Part shown: one piece after another, positions 1-12,525 of the stretch
How the letters are laid out: each line of letters begins with the position of its first letter
How positions within the stretch are numbered: the first letter of the stretch is position 1
DNA from: Nitrospirales bacterium
Lineage (GTDB): Bacteria > Nitrospirota > Nitrospiria > Nitrospirales > UBA8639
Direction: 5' to 3'
Assembly: GCA_965223295.1 (NCBI GenBank)
Contig: CBDCWC010000003.1
Coordinates: 1,216,001 to 1,280,000, forward strand
DNA length: 64,000 nucleotides
Translations under genes and position numbers: made by a program
The notes under the pieces: model-generated
What the model was told of the DNA's origin: nothing
The model's input: only the letters and a program-made list of their open reading frames with translations
The model's database searches: none

Positions 1-217
1 TACCGCGAATAAAAAAATTCAACTGCTCAAGCCAGCGGTGCTGATTGGCGATGTGCATACACCCACATTTGCGATGGAAGAAGGAGTGTATTTCCAGGGG
101 GAATGTGATATGGGTGCAGCGCCTAACCTCGATATGGAGTTGGATGATCGAGTCATAGGCAGTGGGGAAACAACATCGTCGTCTCCCAAGATAGAAACGG
201 AATCTTTGAGTTTCTAA
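1..217 (+). CDS. Bactofilin / polymer-forming cytoskeletal protein, 3' end (partial)
   Basis: Frame from base 2 reads TANKKIQLLKPAVLIGDVHTPTFAMEEGVYFQGECDM..., a typical bactofilin C-terminus; TAA 215-217 overlaps the mnmA ATG. Confidence 0.75.
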   Translation, partial: TANKKIQLLKPAVLIGDVHTPTFAMEEGVYFQGECDMGAAPNLDMELDDRVIGSGETTSSSPKIETESLSF

Positions 218-1377
218 TGACCAATTCGAAAGCTCCGAAAGTTGTTGTGGGCATGAGTGGTGGTGTAGACAGTTCTGTTGCAGCCAAACGACTGTCGGAA
301 CAGGGTTATGAGGTTCTTGGCGTCACCCTCAAAGTGTGGGAAGAAGAGGATGAGACGACTGCTTCCAAGCGCTGGCAGGAACGCGGCTGTTGTAAAGTTG
401 GTATCGCCAAGCATGTGGCGGAACTCTTGGGCATCTCACATCAGGTCATTGACACTCGTGAATCATTTCAGCAGGGCGTTATCAATGATTTTATTGGCGG
501 ATATCTTCAGGGCACCACGCCCAATCCCTGTGTTCGATGTAATGAACGGGTGAAATTCGGGGGGTTGTTCCAGGTGGCCCAGGAACTCGGGGCCGAATAT
601 ATTGCCACTGGTCATTATGCAAGCATTCAACGTGATGAATCGGGTCAGTATTTTCTCGGCTGCGGCCGAGATTCGAAAAAAGATCAATCTTATTTTTTGT
701 ATCGTATTCCTGCCAAATGGCTTCCGAAGATGTTGTTGCCCTTAGGGACTATGGAAAAGCCGCAAGTCTGGGCTGAGGCCGAAGCAATGGGACTTCCGGT
801 AGATGAATTGAAGGAAAGCCAAGAAATATGTTTTGTTACTCAAGGCGACTACCGGGAATTCCTTAAAGAACATGCTCCGCAGGCTTCTCAGCCAGGTAGT
901 TTTATTGATGTTGAGGGTCGTGAACTTGGGCAGCATGAAGGTGTGGCCTTTTATACTCCAGGCCAACGTAAAGGTTTAGGAATAGCAACTGGAAACCGAA
1001 TGTATGTGCAGCGTGTGGTGCCTGATCTTAATTTAGTGGTCTTGGGTCCTCCTGAAAATCTGGATAGCAGAATTTGCCAAGTCGCGGATCTGAATATCTT
1101 TTCCTATGACAGCTTACGTGAAGGTCAACGACTCGCGGTAAAATTTCGATATGGATCTCCGCCCGTGCCTGCAACTGTATCCTGGGAGAACGAACATTCC
1201 GTAAAGGTCACATTTGACACGTCGGTCAGGGCGCTCAGCCCAGGCCAGTCAGCAGTCTTTTATGATGGAGAACGTGTTGTAGGTGGAGGCATTATTCAAG
1301 CCTCCAAAACAGTTGCGAACACTTCCTCCCCCGGTGTTCAATCTGTCGGCCTTTCGCCCCTTCCTTCGTCAATCTGA
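217..1377 (+). CDS. mnmA: tRNA 2-thiouridylase MnmA
   Basis: SGGVDS PP-loop, PNPCVRCN (CxxC form), KDQSYFL, SQEICF, PGQSAVFY. Confidence 0.97.
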   Translation: MTNSKAPKVVVGMSGGVDSSVAAKRLSEQGYEVLGVTLKVWEEEDETTASKRWQERGCCKVGIAKHVAELLGISHQVIDTRESFQQGVINDFIGGYLQGTTPNPCVRCNERVKFGGLFQVAQELGAEYIATGHYASIQRDESGQYFLGCGRDSKKDQSYFLYRIPAKWLPKMLLPLGTMEKPQVWAEAEAMGLPVDELKESQEICFVTQGDYREFLKEHAPQASQPGSFIDVEGRELGQHEGVAFYTPGQRKGLGIATGNRMYVQRVVPDLNLVVLGPPENLDSRICQVADLNIFSYDSLREGQRLAVKFRYGSPPVPATVSWENEHSVKVTFDTSVRALSPGQSAVFYDGERVVGGGIIQASKTVANTSSPGVQSVGLSPLPSSI

Positions 1378-1393
1378 ACGATCCAGAAAAATC

Positions 1394-1761
1394 CCAACAG
1401 TTGAATAATGGGCACCTCTAAAGACAGATGATTTTTTCTGAGGGCAAGGAAGCGGCGCGCGGAAAACCGCAGTGTATCTGGAAATACATGAGGATTTGAG
1501 CACGCCACTGACGCCGCTATCGGGAAAAAGGACAGTTTTTAGAGATGTCCTAATGATGATATCAACGGCCACATTTCGTCTCTGTGACGTCACATGTATG
1601 TCAGAGGCCTCGGGGCTGTTCAAAAAAGTCCGTCCAGCAAGGCCGCAGCCATTTTTGCGCGCAGAGCGTCCTGGCAGTACGTGAGCATGGAAAAATGGAG
1701 ACCTGCCTGCGCGAAGCCGCGACGGCAGGCAACGCCGCTGGCGGCTTTTTTCAACAGACCC
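1394..1761 (+). mobile_element. MITE family A copy 1 (degenerate left end; interrupted by a family B MITE and a small palindrome)
   Basis: After removing the inserts it aligns with 16988-17177: gttgaataatgatgatat...ctgttcaaaaa...cagcaaggccgcagcc...ttttcaacagaccc. Confidence 0.8.
1410..1550 (+). mobile_element. MITE family B copy 1 (141 bp)
   Basis: 16-bp imperfect terminal inverted repeats (TIRs) GGGCACCTCTAAAGAC / GTTTTTAGAGATGTCC; TAAT on both sides (1406-1409, 1551-1554); close reverse-complement match to 50936-51076. Confidence 0.9.
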
Positions 1762-1778
1762 CCTTTAGGTCTTTTCTG

Positions 1779-1807
1779 TTGACAGGGTATAGCACCCATG
1801 CTAGGTT
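1779..1807 (+). promoter_or_regulatory. Putative sigma70 promoter for the atp F1 cluster
   Basis: TTGACA-17 bp-TAGGTT with TGn extension. Confidence 0.55.
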
Positions 1808-1868
1808 TATACGCTTGACACACGCCATTTTCCACTCAATATATGGCTGCCTGGATTCTCTGTAAACC

Positions 1869-2408
1869 GTGAATCAAAGTACAATCGGGCGCCGGTATGC
1901 ATCGGCGCTTTTCCAATTGCTCGAGAAATCGAGCGTCGAACCCGCACGAAATGCCTTAGCGGCCTTAGCCCAAGGCTTACTGGATACCCCTGCCTTAAAA
2001 CATGTCCTGGCCTCACCAGTTTTTAAATACGAAGAAAAGCAAGTGGTCTTGGAGGAGTTATGTCAGCGCATCCAGGCTCCTCCCGTGATGCAAGATTTTC
2101 TCAACCAGCTATTAAAAAATAACCGCGCTGTTTTACTCCCGGAAATTTCTCAAGCGTTTGCGGATTTAGCTGATGAGCAAAAGGGTGTCCAACAAGTTCA
2201 GGTCAGCTCTGCCAAGCCTTTGGATCAATCAGAACAAGGCAATGTTACACGCCAGCTAACCGATACGCTTGGACGAGCAGTCGATGTGGTCTTTGAAGTC
2301 CAATCGGATCTCATTGCTGGGTTAAAAATTCACATAGGCAGTCAAGTCTTTGATAATACTGTGCTGGGACGATTAAACAGCATGCAGGATCAGTTGACGA
2401 AGGGGTAA
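1869..2408 (+). CDS. atpH: F1 ATP synthase delta subunit
   Basis: RRYASALF N-terminus, LIAGLKIHIG..VFDNT; first gene before alpha. Confidence 0.93.
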   Translation: MNQSTIGRRYASALFQLLEKSSVEPARNALAALAQGLLDTPALKHVLASPVFKYEEKQVVLEELCQRIQAPPVMQDFLNQLLKNNRAVLLPEISQAFADLADEQKGVQQVQVSSAKPLDQSEQGNVTRQLTDTLGRAVDVVFEVQSDLIAGLKIHIGSQVFDNTVLGRLNSMQDQLTKG

Positions 2409-2411
2409 TCC

Positions 2412-3923
2412 ATGCAGATCAAAGCCGAAGAAATTAGCTCGATCATTAAGGAAAAAATTAAGGGGTTTGACCAACGAGTCGATGTCAAGGAGATGGGTTA
2501 TGTCATCCAAGTGGGTGATAATATTGCCAAAGTTTACGGCCTAGAAGGTGCAATGGCTGGAGAGTTGCTGGAATTCCCCGGCGGGGTTTTTGGAGTCGCG
2601 CTCAACCTGGAAGAAGATAGTGTTGGGGCCGTCTTGCTCGGAGAAGATGTCGGCATTTGCGAAGGTGATTCTGTTAAACGAACGGGTCGTATTGCTGAAG
2701 TCCCAGTGGGTGAACCCATGGTCGGTCGGGTTGTCGATGCGATTGGGATGCCCCTTGATGGGAAAGGCCCGATTAATTCAACCGAGACTCGACTCATTGA
2801 AATCAGGGCGCCTGGCGTTGTGGAGCGACAATCAGTCGGCGAGCCTTTGCAAACGGGGCTGAAAGCCATCGACGCCATGATTCCGGTAGGCCGCGGTCAA
2901 CGGGAGTTGATTATTGGAGACCGCCAAACAGGGAAAACCGCTATTGCGGTTGATACGATCATTAATCAAAAAGGCCTGGATGTCTATTGTTTTTATGTCG
3001 CTGTGGGGCAAAAACGCTCGACGGTCGCCCGCGTGGTCAAAACGTTAGAAGATCATGGGGCCATGGAATATACCACGGTCATTTCAGCCACGGCCAGTGA
3101 TTCCGCATCCCTGCAGTTCTTTGCACCCTATGCCGGTGTCACCATGGCCGAATATTTTCGTGATAGTGGCAAACATGCCTTGATTGTCTATGATGACTTG
3201 TCCAAACATGCGACAGCCTATCGGCAGCTTTCTCTCCTTCTTCGCCGTCCGCCTGGACGTGAAGCGTATCCCGGTGATGTGTTCTTTTTGCATTCTCGGC
3301 TCTTAGAGCGGGCGGCAAAAATGAGTGATGAAAAAGGTGCTGGGAGCTTAACCGCCTTACCAATTATTGAGACGCAAGCGGGAGACGTCTCAGCGTATAT
3401 TCCTACTAACGTTATTTCGATTACTGATGGGCAGATCTTTTTGGCTGCTGACCTGTTCTATTCCGGTATTCGACCGGCTATTAATGTGGGCTTATCGGTC
3501 TCACGTGTCGGAGGGTCAGCGCAAATTAAAACCATGAAACAAGTTGCCGGTACCTTGAGGCTCGATTTGGCCCAATATCGAGAAATGGCAGCATTTGCCC
3601 AATTTGGGAGTGATTTAGATAAGGCTACGCAAGCACAATTGGCGCGAGGTGAACGGATGGTGGAATTGCTTAAACAAGAGCAATACAAGCCACTGCCAGT
3701 CGCTGACCAAGTCATCTCCATTTTTGCTGGAGTCAATGGATTCCTTGACAATGTGCCGGTTAATAAAATTAAAGAGTTTGAGCAAGAGCTCTTGGGGTAC
3801 GTGAAAACAAAATATTCGCAAATCCGTGATGACGTCAAATCCAAAAAGAAGATCGATGACGAATTCGGTGGTCAACTAAAACAGATCATCACTGAGTTTA
3901 AGAAATCTAAAGGCTACGACTAA
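2412..3923 (+). CDS. atpA: F1 ATP synthase alpha subunit
   Basis: GDRQTGKT Walker [15 protein letters not shown]. Confidence 0.99.
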   Translation: MQIKAEEISSIIKEKIKGFDQRVDVKEMGYVIQVGDNIAKVYGLEGAMAGELLEFPGGVFGVALNLEEDSVGAVLLGEDVGICEGDSVKRTGRIAEVPVGEPMVGRVVDAIGMPLDGKGPINSTETRLIEIRAPGVVERQSVGEPLQTGLKAIDAMIPVGRGQRELIIGDRQTGKTAIAVDTIINQKGLDVYCFYVAVGQKRSTVARVVKTLEDHGAMEYTTVISATASDSASLQFFAPYAGVTMAEYFRDSGKHALIVYDDLSKHATAYRQLSLLLRRPPGREAYPGDVFFLHSRLLERAAKMSDEKGAGSLTALPIIETQAGDVSAYIPTNVISITDGQIFLAADLFYSGIRPAINVGLSVSRVGGSAQIKTMKQVAGTLRLDLAQYREMAAFAQFGSDLDKATQAQLARGERMVELLKQEQYKPLPVADQVISIFAGVNGFLDNVPVNKIKEFEQELLGYVKTKYSQIRDDVKSKKKIDDEFGGQLKQIITEFKKSKGYD

Positions 3924-3943
3924 CATCCTCAAGAAGTTTCTTT

Positions 3944-6341
<2,398 letters not shown>

Positions 6342-6342
<1 letters not shown>

Positions 6343-6797
6343 TGGCTAATTCTGGAACCGTTGTGTCAGCCGGAAAAATTCTCCTGGAGGTGGTCACACC
6401 TGATCATCCTCTGTTGAGCCAAGAAGTTGATTATGTTTCAGCTCCTGGCAGTGAAGGTGATTTTGGTGTCCTCCCAGGTCATTGTCATTTTCTGACTACC
6501 CTTCGTATTGGCGAATTGGAATACCGGATTGGTGAAAAGTCAGAGTTTATGTCTGTGCTCTGGGGATTTGCCGAAGTGACGCCGACGAAAGTCACGATTC
6601 TGGCTGAAATCGCGGAAAAAGCCGAAGATATTAACGTGGAACGTGCGGAAGAAGCTGTTCGGAAAGCTGAAGAACGTGTAGAACGAGGAGGCTTACCTTC
6701 GGAAGTTGAAGAAGCCCGCGTGAGTTTAGAAAAAGCCCGCCTCCGGAAAAAAATTGCGGATCGTCACCGCCAAAAAGGTGGAGCCAGACTTTCTTAG
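6342..6797 (+). CDS. atpC: F1 ATP synthase epsilon subunit
   Basis: LEVVTPD, GDFGVLPGH, helical C-terminus. Confidence 0.96.
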
Positions 6798-6836
6798 TTT
6801 CGCAACGCCAACCTTTTCCTTTCTCTCTAATACTCC

Positions 6837-7805
6837 ATGCCGCATGTTGAGACGCGGACGGAATTTACGGTTACCGCTGGTGAATCCCCCAAACGGTTGG
6901 ATCACTTTTTAGCCAATCGAGATCCCTATTATTCCCGCACGGTTCTTCAGCGACTAATCGAAGATGGGCACATTACCGTTGATGGGCAGACAGTCAAGCC
7001 CAGTCATAAGGTAAAACCCGGCGAGCGAATTGTATTAGTCGTTCCCCGACCAGAGCCTCTTGATATTCAACCTGAACCCATTCCACTAGATGTTCTGCAT
7101 GAGGATGAAGCGCTGCTTGTCATCAACAAACAGACTGGCCTGGTTGTGCATCCAGCACCAGGTCATTGGACCGGAACAATGGTGAATGCCTTGTTACACC
7201 ACATGCAACGAGGGGAGGGGCATCTCTCGTCTATAGGTGGGAGAGAACGACCGGGGCTGGTGCATCGTTTGGATAAGGAAACTACGGGAGTCTTAGTAGT
7301 AGCCAAGACAGATCAGGCCCATCAACATTTGTCAGCACAATTTAAACAACATACGATCAGTCGTCTGTATGAAGCGCTGGTCTGGGGATCTCCAAAAACT
7401 CGGGAAGGCCGCATTGAAATCGCTATAGGGCGAGATACGAAAGACCGCAAGACCTTTTCTTCACGGACAACCAGACCCAAAGAATCTTTAACGTCTTATA
7501 AGATTATTGCTCGTTTTGGAAAACTTGCCGCCCATGTTGCACTCACTCCCGGAACAGGTCGAACACACCAACTCCGTGTGCATCTCAAAGCGATTGACTG
7601 TCCAATTCTAGGTGATCAAACATACGGGGGGAAAAAAGTCATGAAAATTGGTGGCATCGAAATACCCCGTGTTATGTTACATGCCAAAGTTCTTGGTATT
7701 GTCCATCCTCACACACAACAGTCTATGAAGTTTTCGGCACCGCTTCCAGAAGACATGGAACGTGTGCGTGAAGAGCTAACCAATCAGAGGGTTGGAAAGT
7801 CTTGA
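6837..7805 (+). CDS. rluD: RluA/RluD family pseudouridine synthase with S4 domain
   Basis: VHRLDKETTG catalytic motif, TGRTHQLRVH, N-terminal RLDHFL S4 domain. Confidence 0.9.
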   Translation: MPHVETRTEFTVTAGESPKRLDHFLANRDPYYSRTVLQRLIEDGHITVDGQTVKPSHKVKPGERIVLVVPRPEPLDIQPEPIPLDVLHEDEALLVINKQTGLVVHPAPGHWTGTMVNALLHHMQRGEGHLSSIGGRERPGLVHRLDKETTGVLVVAKTDQAHQHLSAQFKQHTISRLYEALVWGSPKTREGRIEIAIGRDTKDRKTFSSRTTRPKESLTSYKIIARFGKLAAHVALTPGTGRTHQLRVHLKAIDCPILGDQTYGGKKVMKIGGIEIPRVMLHAKVLGIVHPHTQQSMKFSAPLPEDMERVREELTNQRVGKS

Positions 7806-7839
7806 CAGGCAACCCCATGTTTGAACTAGATTCAAAGCC

Positions 7840-8280
7840 ATGAGTAAGAAGGAAACCCTTCAACCTGGACAGGTCGTCGATACCTTAGGAGAATTGATTT
7901 CCAGTCTGAGCGCCTTTGCCAAAAAAATACCCGCGGCATCGCGAATGGCTTTGCCTGGAGGAGTTAAGCCTACAGAAGAAGCTGTTGAAGCATATGAAGA
8001 TGTGGTCTACCGTTTTCGTGACCGCGCGGGGGCAACCTATAAACCGCTCCCCCCCCTTTTTGTGGAATCGCTTGAAGCCTTTGAAGCGGGGAAGGTGTTT
8101 GATGCGGTCCCGCCGTTGTTGCAGTCTGTCGAACAGCTAGTGGATCTTCATAATCAAGACATCATCAAATTTAGCCCAGAGCAGCAACAGCGTATGCGGG
8201 ATTATCATCGTCGCTTAGAAAAGATTGTCCCAGAAGCCACCCAATCCGAAGTGGATCTGCCCACCCCAGATTCCTACTAG
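7840..8280 (+). CDS. Hypothetical helical protein
   Basis: 146-aa ORF with protein-like composition; TAGATT -10-like hexamer 7 nt upstream of ATG. Confidence 0.7.
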   Translation: MSKKETLQPGQVVDTLGELISSLSAFAKKIPAASRMALPGGVKPTEEAVEAYEDVVYRFRDRAGATYKPLPPLFVESLEAFEAGKVFDAVPPLLQSVEQLVDLHNQDIIKFSPEQQQRMRDYHRRLEKIVPEATQSEVDLPTPDSY

Positions 8281-8337
8281 GATATTAAAGAGTCAGCCTA
8301 GAGGGGGGTAGGCAGGGGTTGCTTAGGAGAAGGTGGC

Positions 8338-8652
8338 TTAGTTCCAAGTTTCTTTGGGAAATTCTTCAAGGTTTTCGCTAGAAATCCTTCGGCGTTCTAC
8401 GAAAGGATTGTTTAGTACTCTCCAGGTTCCACCTTTATTTTGCAAACCTTGTTCAATCAGAGCAAGCCGTCGGATGCTCTCATTGTCTATGAGCGAAACC
8501 AGACTCAGGTCTAGAAGAAACGTCTTAAATCCAAGACGATGCGAGTGAAGCACCGACAAGGCCAATTCTTTTGCTGCCCCTTCGTGAAAATGCCCTCGTA
8601 CATGGAGAACGATAGTGTCTGGAGCTAACTGTTCTGTCTGGATCATGGTCAA
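8338..8652 (-). CDS. STAS-domain (anti-sigma factor antagonist-like) protein
   Basis: IVLHVRGHF...FLLDLSLVSLIDNESI; AGGAGG RBS. Confidence 0.7.
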   Translation of the reverse strand: MTMIQTEQLAPDTIVLHVRGHFHEGAAKELALSVLHSHRLGFKTFLLDLSLVSLIDNESIRRLALIEQGLQNKGGTWRVLNNPFVERRRISSENLEEFPKETWN

Positions 8653-9007
8653 CCTCCTTTCTACAAAGGCTTGGCTATTGCGGCCTTAAAGAGAGTAAAC
8701 CCTAATAAAGCGTTTCATACCATTACCCGGATGAGGGGACTGTTCCCCATTATTTGGCAACAATCTCTAATAACGGAAGAGTGGCGCCATCAAGAGAAAT
8801 TCGAGGGAAACGAAATCTGATGGAGGTATCAGAAGGGGCACGGGGTACCAAACAAGGTATGTCCTTAGAGTCAAACTGCCGACGATCCTTCGATCGAGAC
8901 CCCTTCTCTTTGATTGTTTCAAATTTGACGGGTCTTAGGATAGAACGGTATAACGGGTTCAACTTTTCTAAAGCGTTTTCCTAAAAAGGGTCAGTAATTG
9001 ATGATGT

Positions 9008-9084
9008 GCGCCCGTAGCTCAACTGGATAGAGTATTGGACTTCGGATCCAAGGGTTACAGGTTCGAATCCTGTCGGGCGCACCA
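9008..9084 (+). tRNA. tRNA-Arg, anticodon UCG
   Basis: Acceptor GCGCCCG/CGGGCGC+ACCA, D arm GCTC/GAGT, anticodon arm TTGGA-CT TCG GA-TCCAA, T arm ACAGG-TTCGAAT-CCTGT. Confidence 0.97.
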
Positions 9085-9399
9085 TTTTTCTGGTTGACTG
9101 ATACTAAGACATTAGTCAATCTTGTTGTCGCTAAACTAAAACATATCCTCTACACCTGAAATCACCTAGTAGCCTGATGGGGAACTGCCTCAGCACCCCT
9201 TTTTTCGATTTCAAATAGCTTCTTTGTTTCCAGTCAAACAGGTTCTTTTAATAGACGAAATGTGGGGGCACTATTCTAGTAAGGATAGGAATGCGAGCTA
9301 GGAATCAAGGAAAATTCGCGAGTAGTGCCGATTGAATTCAGTAGGCTTGAATCTTTTCTCTACTTACGAATAGGGAGGAATTGGTGCTAAGGTTAGTCG

Positions 9400-10002
9400 A
9401 TGGATGAATGTTGCAAGGTCACCACCGTTTCGGAACGGCAGCGTGATGTTGTTCGAGCCGTGCTCTGGATTAACGTCAGCATGTTTCTTCTGGAAGCGAT
9501 AGCCGGTCTTCTCAGCCATTCGACCGCCCTTCTAGCCGATTCAGTTGACATGTTGGGCGATGCCCTTGTCTATGGGTTTAGTCTGTATGTGATTGGACGG
9601 GGTTCGGTGTGGCTAGGGCGCGCTGCTGTGCTCAAAGGTGTCATGATGGGCGTATTTGGTATGGGTGTGCTGGCGCACGTGGTTTTCAAGACTGTGTATG
9701 GCTTCGTACCAATGGCCGGGATGATGGGCGTGGTAGGCGCAATGGCACTCGCTGCCAACCTCATTTGTCTCATGCTCCTTTGGCAGCACCGAGGCGATGA
9801 TATCAACATGCGGTCCGCATGGATGTGTTCTCGCAATGATGTCATTGGCAATGCGGGCGTGCTTGTTGCGGCTCTTATGGTCTACCTCTCCGACTCCCCC
9901 TGGCCAGATATTGTGATTGGGCTCTTGATCGCCACTCTTTTCGTTCGGTCTGCGATTGCCATCATCCGTGAAGCCTCAAGAGAGTGTTCATCTGCAATCT
10001 GA
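9400..10002 (+). CDS. Cation diffusion facilitator (Co/Zn/Cd efflux) transmembrane protein lacking the C-terminal domain
   Basis: STALLADSVDMLGD, DINMRSAWMCSRNDVIGN, WPDIVIG; N-terminal CC. Confidence 0.88.
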   Translation: MDECCKVTTVSERQRDVVRAVLWINVSMFLLEAIAGLLSHSTALLADSVDMLGDALVYGFSLYVIGRGSVWLGRAAVLKGVMMGVFGMGVLAHVVFKTVYGFVPMAGMMGVVGAMALAANLICLMLLWQHRGDDINMRSAWMCSRNDVIGNAGVLVAALMVYLSDSPWPDIVIGLLIATLFVRSAIAIIREASRECSSAI

Positions 10003-10046
10003 ACTTTTTATCTTCATTATTCAACACACTCTCTTAGGAAGGATAA

Positions 10047-10829
10047 ATGCTCGTGAGCTCTATTTTTCGGCATAGTGCCCTTTATGTGATTCTGATCAGT
10101 ATGGGCTGTAGTATTGCAAGTTGTCTGACAGTTCCCAGGGTCAAAACGCCTCTCTTTGAAGGATCACAAGGGGCCATTGCTTTACAAGTCTTTGCCGAGC
10201 CAGAGAAAAGGGCTCAACACCCCGTTGCCCTGGAACCTCACATCATACGTGGGGTGCTCGAGGGCCTGTATGTTCAAGATACCCAAAGTCTACTTGAATC
10301 AGCACTGACCAACAACAATTCTCCGATACAGGCTTTCACGGAAACAGAAATTCAGTTCTTAGTCCCACACGTGATTGATGGATTGGCAAAAGCGACCTCA
10401 GAAGAAGAGGTTGTCTTTCGAATACATACACGTCATCCCCAGAATACACTATATACAACCGGCGCTCTGTATTATGCAGATGAGACTCTCCATGTCATCG
10501 TTCATGGATATCATGAGGCCTCTAAAAGACCTCCATTACTTTCTAGACCGTCTAACTCATTTAGCCGTCCCAAAATGTGGAATATGTCATTTCAACCAAT
10601 TGGGGCCTTGACCAGCGATTACCTGGATGCCACTTCCCAGACATCCTTCCCCTTTCACTTTGCGATCCATCTTCCTACGTTGGCAAAGTCGATGGAGCGT
10701 AATGCCCAAACCGTTTCTCCTGCATCCTCGTCCATTCATGAAGAATTAGAAGGGTTGCGTGAATCCCTCCAACAACAACACCAACAACTGGAACACCTCG
10801 AAGACCAACTGCAAACAGGCAGTCCCTAA
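10047..10829 (+). CDS. Hypothetical lipoprotein with C-terminal coiled coil
   Basis: Hydrophobic N-terminus with lipobox-like IASC; AGGA RBS. Confidence 0.7.
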   Translation: MLVSSIFRHSALYVILISMGCSIASCLTVPRVKTPLFEGSQGAIALQVFAEPEKRAQHPVALEPHIIRGVLEGLYVQDTQSLLESALTNNNSPIQAFTETEIQFLVPHVIDGLAKATSEEEVVFRIHTRHPQNTLYTTGALYYADETLHVIVHGYHEASKRPPLLSRPSNSFSRPKMWNMSFQPIGALTSDYLDATSQTSFPFHFAIHLPTLAKSMERNAQTVSPASSSIHEELEGLRESLQQQHQQLEHLEDQLQTGSP

Positions 10830-10911
10830 AGCTCCAAGAATGAACATGCAGAGCTACACTACGTCCCTCTAATCCGCCTCATCTAGGTTGTATTTGCTGC
10901 TACCAAAAAGT

Positions 10912-11790
10912 TTATTTCGAGATAGGGTGAAACACTAGCCGACGTAGCCATTGTCCCAGAGCTATGAGGCCTAGAAAGACACAAGCCAACAACGAATCAG
11001 TGGCACCAGTAGGCCAATCCATGAAAAACGATACAAGAAATCCAATGAGCGCAATTCCAGCTCCCAAGAATCCTCCCAGAAGCGGGACAAGAAAGAACCT
11101 TTTGGCGAGTCGGATGGCTATCATCGTGGGGAGGAGCAGGAAGGCAAACGTAAGTAAAGGTCCGACCATTAGTACTCCTAACGAAATGGCGAATCCTACC
11201 AGGCCATACAAAAGGATATCCCATACCCAGAGCCGTTTGCCCAGGGACAAGGCCAGATCCCGATCGACGGAGACTAATAACAACTCCCTGCGAAAAAGAG
11301 TAATCAGCAGGACAATGGCCGTATAGGCTGACAGAAGGATGGCCATGTCCATATCGGAAATAGCGATGATTTGTCCTCGCAAAAGTGTGACGATGCCTAC
11401 CTCTGGAACCCGCTCTGATGCCAGTAACAGAATGGTTACCGCTCCAGCAAAAACGTATACTGTTCCTATCCGGCCTTCTACCATCTCATGGCCCCGTCGT
11501 TCCAGCGTCGCAAGAAGCAACAAGGTTCCCGTGGTCACAATCGTTGAACCAAAGAGGGCGAGGAGAAAATCACTATGAGTCGGTTGTTGTTGATGATAGG
11601 TCAAATGCCAAAACACTGCTGCGGCAATTCCACCGGTCGACAATTGGGGAAGGGTTACCCCCAAGAACACCATCCTTCTACAATACATGAAGACCCCAAT
11701 GAGCGGCAGAACGATCCCCGTGACAATTCCTCCGTACAAGGCATTCCGTAAAACATAGGATGGATGAAGAATGGTGAAGAGTTCTTCCAT
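10912..11790 (-). CDS. znuB: Metal (Zn/Mn) ABC transporter permease
   Basis: Multi-TM, RRMVFLG, ELLLVSVDRDLA, VGPLL; clustered with ATPase and binding protein. Confidence 0.85.
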   Translation of the reverse strand: MEELFTILHPSYVLRNALYGGIVTGIVLPLIGVFMYCRRMVFLGVTLPQLSTGGIAAAVFWHLTYHQQQPTHSDFLLALFGSTIVTTGTLLLLATLERRGHEMVEGRIGTVYVFAGAVTILLLASERVPEVGIVTLLRGQIIAISDMDMAILLSAYTAIVLLITLFRRELLLVSVDRDLALSLGKRLWVWDILLYGLVGFAISLGVLMVGPLLTFAFLLLPTMIAIRLAKRFFLVPLLGGFLGAGIALIGFLVSFFMDWPTGATDSLLACVFLGLIALGQWLRRLVFHPISK

Positions 11791-11829
11791 ACACTTTAGA
11801 TATCTGGCAACAACCTTCTCTTAATCACT

Positions 11830-12507
11830 TCAGGCATAATGTTCTACTGGCTGTGTTTGCACGGTCCGATACCCAATCTCGATGACATCCTGCACAACTT
11901 GAAGAAGTTCTGGAATAAAATGATCCGCCCATAACAAGGTAATCCCTGTATCAGATTTCAACTTGACTAGTAACCGCAACATGGTTTGGACCGTCTTTTT
12001 GTCGAGGCTTGCCAAGGGTTCATCCAACACCAGAACCGCAGGGTCACTGGCCAAGGCTCTGGCGATTAACGTGCGCTGTTGTTGACCCCCTGATAATTCT
12101 GAGTACCGCTTCCGTTCTAAGTCCCCAATTTCTACTTCTTGTACCGCCCAATCGATTTTGTCCCGCTCGACCCTTCCCAACCGTTGCCAAGGTTTGATGT
12201 TTCCATATGTCCCCATCTGAATTACCTCTCCAACGGTCAAGGGTAGCAGTCCATTTAACGCCGCTCGTTGCGGGACGTATCCGACACGCAGAGAATTATT
12301 TTCCTCAGAAGTTTGACGATACAGCCTGCCTTCTATTGGGGAGAGGATCCCCGCAATCGTTTTAAGAAAAGCCGTTTTCCCAGAACCATTTGGGCCTAAA
12401 ACGGCATACGAGTCTCCTGGAAAAATCTCAAGAGAAACCTTCTCCAAGATCGGAAGGCCCTGATACCCAATCGTCACATTTTCGAGTGAGATAAGGGGAG
12501 TTGGCAT
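11830..12507 (-). CDS. znuC: Metal ABC transporter ATP-binding protein
   Basis: GPNGSGKT, GYVPQR, LSGGQQQR, LDEP. Confidence 0.9.
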   Translation of the reverse strand: MPTPLISLENVTIGYQGLPILEKVSLEIFPGDSYAVLGPNGSGKTAFLKTIAGILSPIEGRLYRQTSEENNSLRVGYVPQRAALNGLLPLTVGEVIQMGTYGNIKPWQRLGRVERDKIDWAVQEVEIGDLERKRYSELSGGQQQRTLIARALASDPAVLVLDEPLASLDKKTVQTMLRLLVKLKSDTGITLLWADHFIPELLQVVQDVIEIGYRTVQTQPVEHYA

Positions 12508-12525
12508 TGGGAAATTACGAGGAGA

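Noticed and set aside
1369-1865. ORFs 1369-1623, 1472-1684, 1584-1865, 1594-1782 and 1620-1835
   Set aside because: They are translations of MITE sequence; the same peptides recur at the other repeat copies
8750-8984. Short opposing ORFs upstream of the tRNA
   Set aside because: No motif or clear RBS
9085-10002. Genomic island integrated at tRNA-Arg
   Set aside because: No integrase and no duplicated tRNA 3' end seen in the window
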